A stretch of 64,000 bases of DNA from Chloropicon primus (taxonomy: Eukaryota), in NCBI GenBank assembly GCA_023205875.1, contig CP060766.1, positions 248,001 to 312,000 on the forward strand, in the 5' to 3' direction. The stretch's first letter is position 1, and each line of letters starts with the position of its first letter. The notes under the pieces were generated by a model, which was not told the origin of the DNA, made no database searches, and was given only the letters and a program-made list of their open reading frames with translations. Below are positions 41,432-52,269 of this stretch, piece by piece. A program made the translations under genes and the position numbers.

Positions 41432-43726
41432 TCACGACCAGATGTCCCTCACGTACCGGCCACCCTTCTGCATGTCCTGGAGGTAGGACTTTGCTGAGCT
41501 CGGGGTCATCGCAGCATCGCTCGTGCACAGGATATCCTCGAGCTTCTTGTGGACGTCCTTTGCCATGTGCAGGCCATCCCCGCAGACGAAGACGTACGCC
41601 TCCTTTTCGAGGATCAGCTTTCCGAGTTTTTCTTGATGGTCCTGCATCTTGTGCTGCACGTAGACCTTCTCCGCCTGCTCACGAGAAAAGGCTATCTCGT
41701 AGTGGTTAAGCAAACTCTTCTCGTGAAGCTCGGTGAAGTCCTCCTCGTACAAAAAGTCCTTTGTTCGGTCCCTGCAGCCGTAGAACAGCCAGCTCTCCCC
41801 AACGTCCTGCTTGCTCCGGCTTTGAAGGAAACTCCTGTAGTGAGAAAAGCCCCTGAACGGCGAGACGCCTGTGCCCGGTCCGATCATGATGATCGGTTTG
41901 CTGATGCTCTCTGGATGTTGAAACTCCTTCGAGGGTCTCATGAATATCGGGATTCTCACGGTCTTGCCTTGCTCAACTTCCTCTGCGAGCTTTGACAGCC
42001 AGGTCGTGGCGACGCCGTGGCGCACCCTGCCCTTCACCGTCTCGTACTCCACCACGCTGAAAGCAAAGTGCATTTCGCCGGTGTGCACTTGGCTGGCGCT
42101 GCTCACGGAGTACTCCCGAGGAGCCAGTGCCGGCAGAAACTCGATGAGGTCCTCCGCGTGAGGCTTGCAAGATGGGTAGGCCTGGAAGATGTCCAGCAAA
42201 TTTGGCTGGCCCTCGAGGATTTCCTTCCTGTACCTTTCCTTCCCTGCCGTGGAAATCATCTCTAGAAGGCTGGCCTTCTCTTTCTCCTCCCCACAAGATT
42301 CTGCGAGCATCCTCAGCAAGGTCTTCTTTGGTGGGCTGGTAAGGTCGCAGTGGAGCGAAAGGGCGTCCTTGATCGAGCATGGCGTCTGGATCGAGTTCAG
42401 CTGCTCGCTGGTTGTGAAGCATTTAGACCCGTCCTCACCCAGGTAGCTCAGGATCTTGCCCACGAGGTCAGCGCTGTTCTCCGGCAGTACGCCAAACGCG
42501 TCCCCGGGCTTGTAACTGATGTTGCTTCCCTCGAGGCACAGCTCCATGTGAATGATCTGCTTCTCATAATCCGCGGGCGTCACCCTTTTCACCGACTTGA
42601 CCTTGGCAAAGTAGGGCGCCAATGGACCGTAGCTGCCGCGCCCATCCACGTGGTCTCGAGAAAAGCGAAGACCCTTCTTAACCCCCTCCCCCTCCTTCGC
42701 CGAGAGCCAGGTGAATTGCACCCTCCTCGGCAGCAAGGCGGGCAAGCCCAAGAACCCAGAGTCTTTCCCTCCCTTGGCTTCCACGTTGCCTCCGCTCCGG
42801 TTTGTTAGGGCGTTGTACTCCTTCAGGACTGCCTTGACTGCCCCCTCGGTCCACTTGTCGACGGTCTCCTCCAATCCATCGACCTCATCCGCCTCGGCAT
42901 CCCAGTAAATGTTCTCGGCGCCCAAGCTCTGGAACTTCTTTCTCATGTTCCTTGGAACGGCCATGAACCGAGTGTAGTTCGAGTCCCCGAGGCCAAGGCA
43001 CGTGTACTTGACCCCCTTGAACTCGTCGTCGCTCTTCCTCAGCATCTTCGCATAAAACGAAGCGGTGTTGTCAGGCGGGTCTCCGTCTCCCGTGGACGCG
43101 GCTACGAAGGCGACCAAAGGAAATTTGTCTGCCCTCAGGGTATCGATATCGACGTCATTGAAGGCCGCCAGGACGGGTATTTTGGCCGACCCGCAAGATT
43201 CTGCTATTTGAGCGTGGACCACCTTGGCGATCTCGTGTGCCGTTCCCGTCTGACTGGCGTACGCCACGAGAATTTTCTTGTCCGGATTATCCCGTTTGGC
43301 CTGAGCGGCTTTTTGCTCCCTCATCCTCCGAAGGAGGGCGACGCCCCCCGTCAGGGGCCTGCCCCCTTCCACCGAGGACTCGACTTGCGGCCTCTGCGCC
43401 ACCTTCCCCACCACCGACGCCCCGGCCTTGGCTTTTCCCTCGCTCTCTGTCTTCACACCACTCGCCGGCGTCGTGTCGCTCCCAGCCTTCTTCCCCTCCT
43501 CTTCGACCTTAGTCTCCGCCGCTTTCGCTGCGCTCTGCCTCTGCAGAGCCAGGGGCGAGGGAACCATGTTCTGCTGCACGAGAACATAGTACACCAACGC
43601 CAGCGGTGCCGCGACGGGCAGAACAAAGCATGCCAGTGGGAACCCTACGAGGGCACACAACACAGAAGCAAGCGTGTTCCTCTTCACGAGGTCCACGAAG
43701 TCGTCCACTGACGAGAGGGGAGCCAT
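41432..43726 (-). CDS. Diflavin NADPH reductase, methionine synthase reductase-like, with N-terminal hydrophobic segment
   Basis: FMN motifs YASQTGTA, STGDGDPPDN, GLGDSNY; FAD motif REYSVSS and GVATTWL; NADPH motifs GPGTGVSPF and YVCGD-like FVCGD; ends DIWS. Confidence 0.85.
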   Translation of the reverse strand: MAPLSSVDDFVDLVKRNTLASVLCALVGFPLACFVLPVAAPLALVYYVLVQQNMVPSPLALQRQSAAKAAETKVEEEGKKAGSDTTPASGVKTESEGKAKAGASVVGKVAQRPQVESSVEGGRPLTGGVALLRRMREQKAAQAKRDNPDKKILVAYASQTGTAHEIAKVVHAQIAESCGSAKIPVLAAFNDVDIDTLRADKFPLVAFVAASTGDGDPPDNTASFYAKMLRKSDDEFKGVKYTCLGLGDSNYTRFMAVPRNMRKKFQSLGAENIYWDAEADEVDGLEETVDKWTEGAVKAVLKEYNALTNRSGGNVEAKGGKDSGFLGLPALLPRRVQFTWLSAKEGEGVKKGLRFSRDHVDGRGSYGPLAPYFAKVKSVKRVTPADYEKQIIHMELCLEGSNISYKPGDAFGVLPENSADLVGKILSYLGEDGSKCFTTSEQLNSIQTPCSIKDALSLHCDLTSPPKKTLLRMLAESCGEEKEKASLLEMISTAGKERYRKEILEGQPNLLDIFQAYPSCKPHAEDLIEFLPALAPREYSVSSASQVHTGEMHFAFSVVEYETVKGRVRHGVATTWLSKLAEEVEQGKTVRIPIFMRPSKEFQHPESISKPIIMIGPGTGVSPFRGFSHYRSFLQSRSKQDVGESWLFYGCRDRTKDFLYEEDFTELHEKSLLNHYEIAFSREQAEKVYVQHKMQDHQEKLGKLILEKEAYVFVCGDGLHMAKDVHKKLEDILCTSDAAMTPSSAKSYLQDMQKGGRYVRDIWS

Positions 43727-44043
43727 TACGAGGACTCACTCCGCACTCGACGCGAGCGAGAGACACTCCTGACCACTTCGCCTCCGCCTCCACCGACCTA
43801 TGGACCAATGCCTCGAGCCAGGAGCCAGGTGATCTGGATCCTTGTCGAGCCCTAGGACCTCCGGCCGACGACGGATCGAGGCAAGCGACCCACGGTTGGA
43901 AAGCTCGTGAGATGCGCTTTCGATATTTGCGCCCCCCTTCCTCTATTCCCCCCGTCCTCGTCTCCGCCGTCACCGTGTCGCTCGCTGGCTTCGTCACCTT
44001 GGGCTTAAAAAGATCTCCCCAGCAGCAGACGTCATCCTCACAT

Positions 44044-44482
44044 AGAGAGAGAGACAGAGACGGGCAGAGAGAGGAGGGTGAGGGTGAGGACAAGGGGTGG
44101 ATGGTAGAGGAGGGGGGATAGATGGCCACTCCCTGCTCTTGCTCTTGCTCTTTTCGAAGAGCCAGCCAGCCATGCATCACTGGAAACGGTTGAGGAGGAA
44201 TGCATGATGACAGAGAGAGAGACAGAGAGACGGGCAGAGAGAGGAGGGTGAGGGTGAGGACAAGGAGTGGATGGTAGAGCAGGGGGGGTAGATGGCCACT
44301 CCCTGCTCTTGCTCTTGCTCTTGCTCTTTTCGAAGAGCCAGCCAGCCATGCATCACTGGAAACGGTTGAGGAGGAATGCATGATGACAGAGAGAGAGACA
44401 GAGACGGGCAGAGAGAGGAGGGTGAGGGTGAGGACAAGGAGTGGAGGAGGGGGACTCCTTGATGGCCACTCCCTGCTCTTGC
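44044..44482. repeat. Tandem repeat, about 170-174 bp unit, about 2.5 copies
   Basis: CGGGCAGAGAGAGGAGGGTGAGGGTGAGGACAAGG at 44061, 44231 and 44405. Confidence 0.95.
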
Positions 44483-44673
44483 TGTGGTTGTAATGGTGAG
44501 GAGGAGACTCTCCACCGGAAGGAGGAGAAGAAAGAGAGACGACAAGCGTGGAGAACCACTGGAAAGGAAGAGGAGGGGTGCAGGAGTGAAAGCAGCCATG
44601 GAAAGGATGGATGGATGATGCAAGGCATTCATGATGGACGGACGCTCAGTCCCTCCTCGCCAGCCGTTGCCTC

Positions 44674-44788
44674 CTCCCTCTTTCCTCCTCTTTCGTCGTT
44701 TCCCTTGGCCTTTAATTAAGGAAAAGGATCCAGTCCCCTCCCTCTTTCCTCCTCTTTCGTCGTTTCCCTTGGCCTTTAATTAAGGAAA
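44674..44788. repeat. About 52 bp direct repeat, two copies
   Basis: CCTCCCTCTTT(T)CCTCCTCTTTCGTCGTTTCCCTTGGCCTTTAATTAAGGAAA occurs twice. Confidence 0.85.
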
Positions 44789-45410
44789 TCCCATTCGTAC
44801 CGTTCATCTCGTCTCCTCTCTAACGGAAACTTTACGAGGGCTGGAGATCTCGTTCCCCTTTGGTGTCCTAAGACCGCGTCACTACACGACGCACATCTCC
44901 AAAAATCCGTTTTTGTGTCCTCTCTAACGGAAAAGTTTTCGGTTCCGTTCCTGGGGAGGGGACTGTTGAAGCATAACGAGCGAGCACACCAGCGGCGCTC
45001 AGCGACAAGGCTCAGAACCATTGCCATTGCCATTACCATTACGATATCACACGTACGTGTGTGTTTGCTAGATTGATTCATTGGTTTCGTTTCAGTGGAC
45101 GCATCATAGGCAGCATCCTAGGCATCCTATTCCTATTCTTTCCATCCCTTCCTACCCATCTAAACCAATCCTTTGGTTTTGGGTTCCAAGATTGAATCTT
45201 GGGAGGACCTTTGGGGACTTTTGATTCTTTCGATTGAGGAGAAGGATCGAGGCTTGGTTCGATCTTGGCAGGAGGCGAAGCCGGCTTGGTGCTAAGCAGA
45301 CTTGCTCTTGTGGAGTTCTCAAACGAGTGGTTTGGTTTCAAGCTTGAGTCCAGTTGTATTGGTTTCACTCGTCGTCGTGAAGGTTTGGCCAAACGGGAAG
45401 ACAGGACAAG

Positions 45411-47083
45411 ATGAGTCGTATGGATAGAGAGATACTTTCCAAGTTCGAGATACAAAAGTTTCTCGGCAAAGGGAGCTATGGTTCAGTGTAAGTGGACGAG
45501 ATCCTCAACTCAACGTCCTCATCCTCGGAACGGAGCACGGTTGCTGACAACTTCCTCTTCTTCTTCTACCTCTTCGTCCTTCAAGTTTCCGAGTGAGGCG
45601 TATCTCTGATGGAAGGATATACGCTCTGAAAGAAACGAACGTGAGGCACATGTCCCACGAGGAGAGGGCCGAGGCCGTGAACGAGATCCGCCTCCAGGCT
45701 TCTGTGAGGCACCCCAACGTGACGAGCTACCGCGAGGCCTTCCTCGACGGACAGAGGCTTTGCATTGTCATGGAGTACGCCCCGTACGGCGACCTCCAGC
45801 GCTGCATTAGGAAGAGAGAGGCCCACAGAAAGCCCTTCCCAGAGGACCTCGTGTGGTCGTACTTTATTCAGGTCTGCATGGGCATCCGCGAGCTGCACCG
45901 CAGGAACATCATCCACCGTGACATCAAGGCCGCGAACATCTTGAGAACGAGCCCGGTCATCGTCAAGGTGGGTGACCTCGGCATCGCAAAGCTCCTCAAG
46001 GGCGCCATGGCCCGCACACAGATCGGCACGCCTCACTACATGCCCCCAGAAGTCTGGAAGAGCAGGCCGTACTCCTTCTCCAGTGACGTGTGGTCCCTGG
46101 GATGCCTGTTGTACGAGCTGGTGACCCTGAGGGTGCCGTTCGAGGCCAGGTCCCTCGCCGAGCTGAGGTTCAAGGTCATCCGCGGGAAGTTCAACTCCGT
46201 GCCTCGCCACTACAGCAAGGAGCTCTCCGGAATGATCGAGATGCTCCTCAAGGTGGACGCCAAGAAGAGGCCCTCGCTTGAGCAGATCCTGGCCCACCCT
46301 GTCATCGCCGAGAGGATGCACTTGGTCCCGGATGAGATCAAGGCCCAGGACAACTTGCAAAAGTCTGTTGACTCCGCGCTGCTTTTGGACACGATCAAGG
46401 TGCCCAAGAACATCAGGTTGCTGAAGAAGAGGCTCCCTCTGCCATACTACCCGCACGACAGGCCAAGCCCCGAGGACAGTGACACCATCTACTCCTTGCC
46501 GAGCAGCTTGGACAGGTGCGCCTCCGCTGCGCCTTCGTCGGTGGCGTCGGGACCTACGATCTCCACGAGTCCTGAAATCAGAGTGAAGAGCCAGAGCAAG
46601 ATAGAAAGTCTGCAGAACCTCAAGGCCAAGGTGCGCCAGAGCTCCAACTCCCCGCCCATGAGGAGCAGGGGGGGTCACCCAGAACCTGCGAGGAAACAGC
46701 AGCCCAGGCTCAGATCACAATCCAAGGATAGCGCCGTGTCCAAGTCCCACAGCCAGCTTGACTCCAAGCCCATCGGCAGAAGGCCGTCGGAGTTCAACCG
46801 CAGGGCGCCCAGGAGGCAGGCAAGAGTGTCCAGGAGCGAGGATAACCTTCAGCTGAACAGAATGAAGAGGGACAGGCTCGAGCCGGTCTCGGAATCCAGG
46901 GACTCGAGCCCGCGCTCGGACGTGTCCTACCTCGACTTGCAGAATTACAAGAACAAGAAGGAGGTGTCTCCAAAGCTTCCTCCCATATGCGAGGAGCATA
47001 AGGCAGCCCACAGGAGAGGCCCAAGGGTGGGAAACAGGAAACGAATCATGGGGCCATCCTCGCCCAGCTATTTCAGGTGCTGA
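45411..47083 (+). CDS. NIMA-related Ser/Thr kinase (NEK/CNK) (exons 45411-45487, 45586-47083)
   Basis: Exon 1 LGKGSYGS joined via GTAAGT...AAG intron 45488-45585. YALKE, HRDIKAANI, GDLGIAK, TQIGTPHYMPPEVW. Confidence 0.9.
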
Positions 47084-47292
47084 TTGATTTGATTCTCGGT
47101 TGCCTGCCTTTGTACTCTTAGTATCATGTTTCTGTTAGTTGTATATTCTTTTTTGGTTTTGGGGGTAAGCCAAATTCGGTATAAAAAAGAGAAGCCTTTT
47201 ATATGAACAAGCACTTTTATTCAAGCAAAGTCCACTGCGCCCACCATCGCTCCTGCGCCCCCCCCCCGGGCCCGTGCCCCGTTGCTCTTCAT

Positions 47293-48369
47293 TCATTCCA
47301 CAACCAGGATGTTGTTGCTCGATACCGGGTCGCTGCCGGACGTGGGCCACTCGGGCACCAGGCGCCACTGCCCATCCACCAGAAACTTCACTTCGTACAC
47401 ACCGGGCCTCAGCAGAATCTCCCCGACAAACTCTGCGATGCCCCCGCCCGCGATGTCTCGCGGAGAAAGCTGCTCTCCCCTCGTCCAACCGTCGAAGCTG
47501 CCCATCAGCTTGACGTCCTCCGCCGATCCCAGCCAAGATATTTCAACAGCAACTTTCTTGATGTACGAAAGCGCCTCCGTTTCGCCCTTGATCCTCCTCG
47601 AGAGGTCCTCCACGCTCTTCTCTAGAATCCTTAACCGAGAGCTCTGCTCCACGCTGCAAGAGTTTGGATGAAGGAACCAAGAACAGAGTTCTCTTTAGTG
47701 AGCAAGCCGGCCTGACCCCTTGATGCAGGGCTGGAAGGAATCGTGACCCAGCAGAGATGAATGAATTGCCCGCCCAAAACCCAAAACATACCTTGTCTGA
47801 CCCCCGTGGCCCCGCTCTCCTGCCTCCCGAAGCTCCCTCGCCGTGCTCAACACGTGCTCAAACTCCTTCTCAATCAGGCTCAGCTTCTCGTGGTGCGCCG
47901 CGATCTCCCCGTCCCTCTTCAAGAGATCGACCTCGAGGTGCCTCACGTACAAGTTGGCCTCGCTCAGCTTCCTGCTCATTCGCTTCCTCACCTCTGCTAT
48001 CTGTAGATAGAGGTCTTCCTTCGTGAGGAGCTCGACTGCTCCCTTGGGCGGCCTGCCCGGCCCCCCTGGATACCTCGCCGCTGCCACCTCGGCCTCAAGC
48101 GACGGAGGCAACGGAGGCAGCGGCAAGTCCTTCTGAAGCGCGATGCCTCTCCTCCTCCTCGCCCTCTCCGTCACCCGCTTCACCTCCTCGAGCTCGTGGA
48201 GCACAGCCTGACGATGTTCTCCACCACCCTTGGCCTCCTCAACCTTGGCCTTGGCCTTCCTCGCCTTGGTCTTCGAAGCCGCTTTGCCTCCACTGCTGGA
48301 CGACCTCCTCGAGGAGGACGCCACGATGGAGGCGCTCCTCCTCGAGCACGACACCCTCCTCGCGAGCAT
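47293..48369 (-). CDS. Coiled-coil + CBM48 protein, PROTEIN TARGETING TO STARCH 1-like (exons 48369-47792, 47653-47293)
   Basis: Transit peptide; RKLSEANLYVRHLE coiled coil; C-terminal W...VKLMGSFDGW...LRPGVYEVKFLVDGQW...NNILVVE. Intron 47791-47654. Confidence 0.8.
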
Positions 48370-48631
48370 CCTCTACTCTTGCTCTCAAACCCGAAAACTC
48401 TGCAGGCCAGCAAAGCGAAACGAAACGCCAGGAGCTTGAGATTGAGAGAGGAGAGGACAGGAAGAGGAGGACATGGGTTGGTTGGGAGGAGGATTGGTTG
48501 AGGACGATCTATTTAGAAGAAGAACAGACTCGTACAAGTTCTTTTATGTTACAACGGTGATTCGTATCTTTGCGTTTAGTGTTGTTGTTGCCAAATTCGC
48601 CTTTGCTTCTCTCTCTCTCTCTCCTCTTTCA

Positions 48632-51600
48632 CTAACTGATGTACAAACTGTTTGCAAAGACGATGCCCCTCTGTATGGATTCGGAAGCCCGCGAGAACTT
48701 TTCGGCGAGGTCCTCGTCCCCAATCGCGGCGGAAGCTTCCTTGATTTGGTTCAGCAGCTCGTTCAGGCGCCTCATCACCCTGATGATGGACCCCTCAAAG
48801 ACGTCGGTCATCTCGCAGATGTCCGAGAATTTGCTCCCCTTGGACCAGCTGTAGACCACGTTCACGAGAGTTGGCTTGAAGGAGTCGACGTACTCTTCCT
48901 CGTTCATGTCGAGCCCGCACTCCTTGGAGACCTTGGCGATGTGGCTTGCGGTCTCCTTGAGGATCCTCAGGGGCTCCTTCAGGGCTGGCTGGACATCGAT
49001 CTGCGTCTGTGATTTCTCCACGGGGACCAGGCAGGAGGTGACAGCGACAACTTGGTGGATGTCGAGCGAGCTGAAAGCTCCCTCCAGCATGAGCTCCGAG
49101 GCGAGAAGCTCGTCCGCCGTGTCGATCTCACAAGCCGCCCTTCCCTTCAGCTGAAGCACTCCGGACGCGTCGATGTGGCCCAGCCTTTGGAGCACGGCGG
49201 ACCTCAGCTTGATTTCCCTGTTGAAGACGGTGACCTGAGAGTCCTTTATCTTCTCTTCCAGCTTGGCGACCTCTCCCCCGATGTCCATCTTCCTCTTCAT
49301 GGCTCGAATCTGCCTGTAACCCAAGTCCTCTCCCCCCCACGGCCTCCTGTTGTTCAGGACCAAGCCCTTTTTCATGGTGATCTCAAACCACAGGTCGTCC
49401 TGGTCCTGGAGGTTCATGTCTCTCACCGGGTGCATCAGAGGCAGGTTGCGCTCGTACTTTTTGACTATGCCGTGGATCGTCGTCAAAACCTTCTTCCTGG
49501 AATCCGCTGTCTTCAAATTCCTTGGCAACCCGACCCTCAGGGAGCTGACCTCGGCGATGCAGCTGCAAACGACGGGCACGATGAACATGTCAGTCTCCGG
49601 CCCCTTTTCGTCAGCAGACGGAGTCTCCTTCCGACGCTCGCAGTAAGGAGGGACGTCCATAGGAGCGATCTGCCCGCCCGCGTGCTTCCTGCACGGCATC
49701 ATCACGTCCAGGACGTGCTCATCGCTGAGCTCGGAGCCAGCACTCCTCTTCACCCTCTTGAAAGCGGAAACGACGATGCCCCAGCTCCAATCCACTGTCC
49801 CGTCCATCACGTGAACCAGCCTTCCTGGGCACAAGAAGGTGAAGCAAGATTCTGACTTGAGCAGATGATTCATCAGCTCTTGCCTCATGCCTTGAAGCTC
49901 CACGACGGCTTCGGCCTCTTTCCCCATCTTGTCCAAGGCCAAGCCCTTGCAAATGGCCTTCTCCTCGGACAACAGAGCCTCGACCTCCTTCCGCATTGCT
50001 GGAACAGCCACCTGGTGCTGGTACTGGTGGAACGACCTTGAGATGGTCTTCTCCTGCTCGGTGGTGCCGTCCACTCGTCGAAGCAAGTTCAGCAACGTGT
50101 AGTACGTCAGCTTGTAATTCGAGAGGAGCGGAAGCGGTTTCCCCGAGATGATGTCGGAGCATATTTTCTCGTCCATCTCCTTGTCGATCATCATGATGCT
50201 GTTCCCCCTGAGATCCTTGCCTCGCCTCCCGGCTCTCCCGCTCATCTGTATGTACTCCCCGGACGCCATGTACCTGTGAGACTCCCCGTCCCACTTTCTC
50301 ATTGCCGTGAAGATCACGGTCTTCGCCGGCATGTTCAGCCCCATCGCGAAGGTCTCCGTCGCAAACAAGATCTTCACGAGCTGCTCCTGGAACAGGATCT
50401 CGATCAGCTCCTTGAGAATCGGCAGGAGACCTCCGTGATGTATTCCGATCCCCTTCTTGAGGAGGGGAAGCATGTGCTCGATGGCCTGGAGGCTCCTGTC
50501 CTCCTCGTTCAGGCACATCAGGGCCTGCTTGTAGACCTCCTCGATCTGACCCTTCTCCTCTCCGTCCGTAAAGTCCAGCTTCGAGATCTTCAAAGCGCTC
50601 TCCTCGCACTGACGTCTGCTGAAGCTGAAGACAATGATCGGCAGGTCCTCCATGTCCTTCACCGTTTTCACGAGCCGGAAGAGATCCTCATCGCCCCCCC
50701 CTCCATTGCGAGACCCGCCCCTCCTGAACCCGTTCTGCTGATCCCCCTCCCCGTCGAACGAGCGCTTGAGCTCGTTGAAGGAGTTGCTCTTGAAATTCCC
50801 GAATTCGTCGCAAAGCAGATGCATCCCCTCGCCGCCCAAAGGAAAGCCAAAGTGCTGCAAGGGCACCGGCCTCTGGTCCGTGTACACGATGTGGCAGGGC
50901 TCCCCCCTCAGCTTGGCCACCCAGCCCGCAAACTCGTTCGCGTTCGAAAGGGTGGCGGACAAGAAGACCATCTTCACTTGAGGCGGCAAGAATATGATGC
51001 TCTCCTCCCAGACCACGCCCCTCTCCTTGTCCTTCATGTAGTGCACCTCGTCGAAGATCACCCAAGCCACCTCCCTCATCGTCTCACTTCCCTTGTAGAT
51101 CATGGAACGCATAATCTCCGTGGTCATCACGATGCAGGTGGAGTTCTGACCGATGCTGTTGTCCCCCGTCATCAAACCAACGTCGCCGTCGAACTCCTCC
51201 CCAAGCTCACGGAACTTCTGATTCGACAAAGCCTTCAGCGGTGAGGTGTACACGACCTTCTGATTGTCTCGGAAAGCCATCGCGATGGCATACTCCGCCA
51301 CCGCTGTCTTGCCCGCTGAGGTATGGGCAGCCACCTTGATTGCGATAGAGTGAGGGAGACAGAGAGAGAGAGAGAGAGAGAAAGAGTGAGAAAGAGTGAG
51401 GAAGGGGGGGAGGAAAGTTCAAAGTGAGTTCAGTGCGAATACAAGGCAAAGAGCGCCAAGCCGAGGACGAGGAGTTTCACACCAGCACACGGACAAAGGA
51501 AAGCACTGGCCTGGCCACAACTCACCATAACGTTCTCCCTCCTCTCCAAGCACGCGACCGAGACTTGCTGGAAGTTGTCGAGCTCGAAGGGATACTTCCT

Positions 51601-51834
51601 CGCCATCTCTCCGTTCCACTTGGGTTCCTCCAACGTCCCATGAAGCTTCTCATCGAGTTCCACACCCTTCCGCTTCTTCTTCCTCCTCTTCTTCGTCAGC
51701 CCTCCGTCCGCTTCGCCTTGGCTCACTTCCACGCCGTCCACCTCGGGCGGCAAGCAGCACCGGTGGTGACACGGATGCTTCCTCGTCGAAGCGATCGCCG
51801 CCGCCTCCTTCTCCTTCTCCTCCGCCGTCGCCAT
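48632..51834 (-). CDS. HEN2: Ski2-like DExH RNA helicase, HEN2/MTR4 family (exons 51834-51526, 51334-48632)
   Basis: YPFELD, AHTSAGKT, DEVH, SAT, QMSGRAGRRG, C-terminal RGIVFANSLY. The VACLER and FANSLY variants resemble plant HEN2. Intron 51525-51335. Confidence 0.85.
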
Positions 51835-51928
51835 CGCGATCAACTGCACTGCGCGATCGATTGATCGAGCGCGCCAAAAGAAACTGCGATCGGACGCGAT
51901 CGAACGATCAACAAGGCGGCGAGGACGG

Positions 51929-52207
51929 AGGGTGCAAGGGTGCGAGAGACGGAGGGGGAGGACACCAAAGGGAGAAGCACCGTCGCGTCCTCTTTCGATT
52001 GATATTTTGGTCGAACCGAAACACGTTGTGGTGAGGATTTGGACACGAGAACGTGCGAACGTGCGATCGATCGATCGTGGTCGTGGTCGTGGGACAGTAC
52101 GCAGAGAGGGAGAGAGGGTGCAAGGGTGCGAGGGACGGTGGGGGAGGACACCAAAGGGAGAAGCGTCGTCGCGTCCTCTTTCGATTGATATTTTGGTCGA
52201 ACCGAAA
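51929..52207. repeat. Direct duplication, about 93 bp at 51929-52021 and 52115-52207, offset 186
   Basis: AGGGTGCAAGGGTGCGAG...CTTTCGATTGATATTTTGGTCGAACCGAAA occurs twice. Confidence 0.9.
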
Positions 52208-52269
52208 GACCTCGGCCTCGATCGAGAGGAGCAAATTAGAGGAGGGAGGGATAAGGATAGAGCAGAAGC

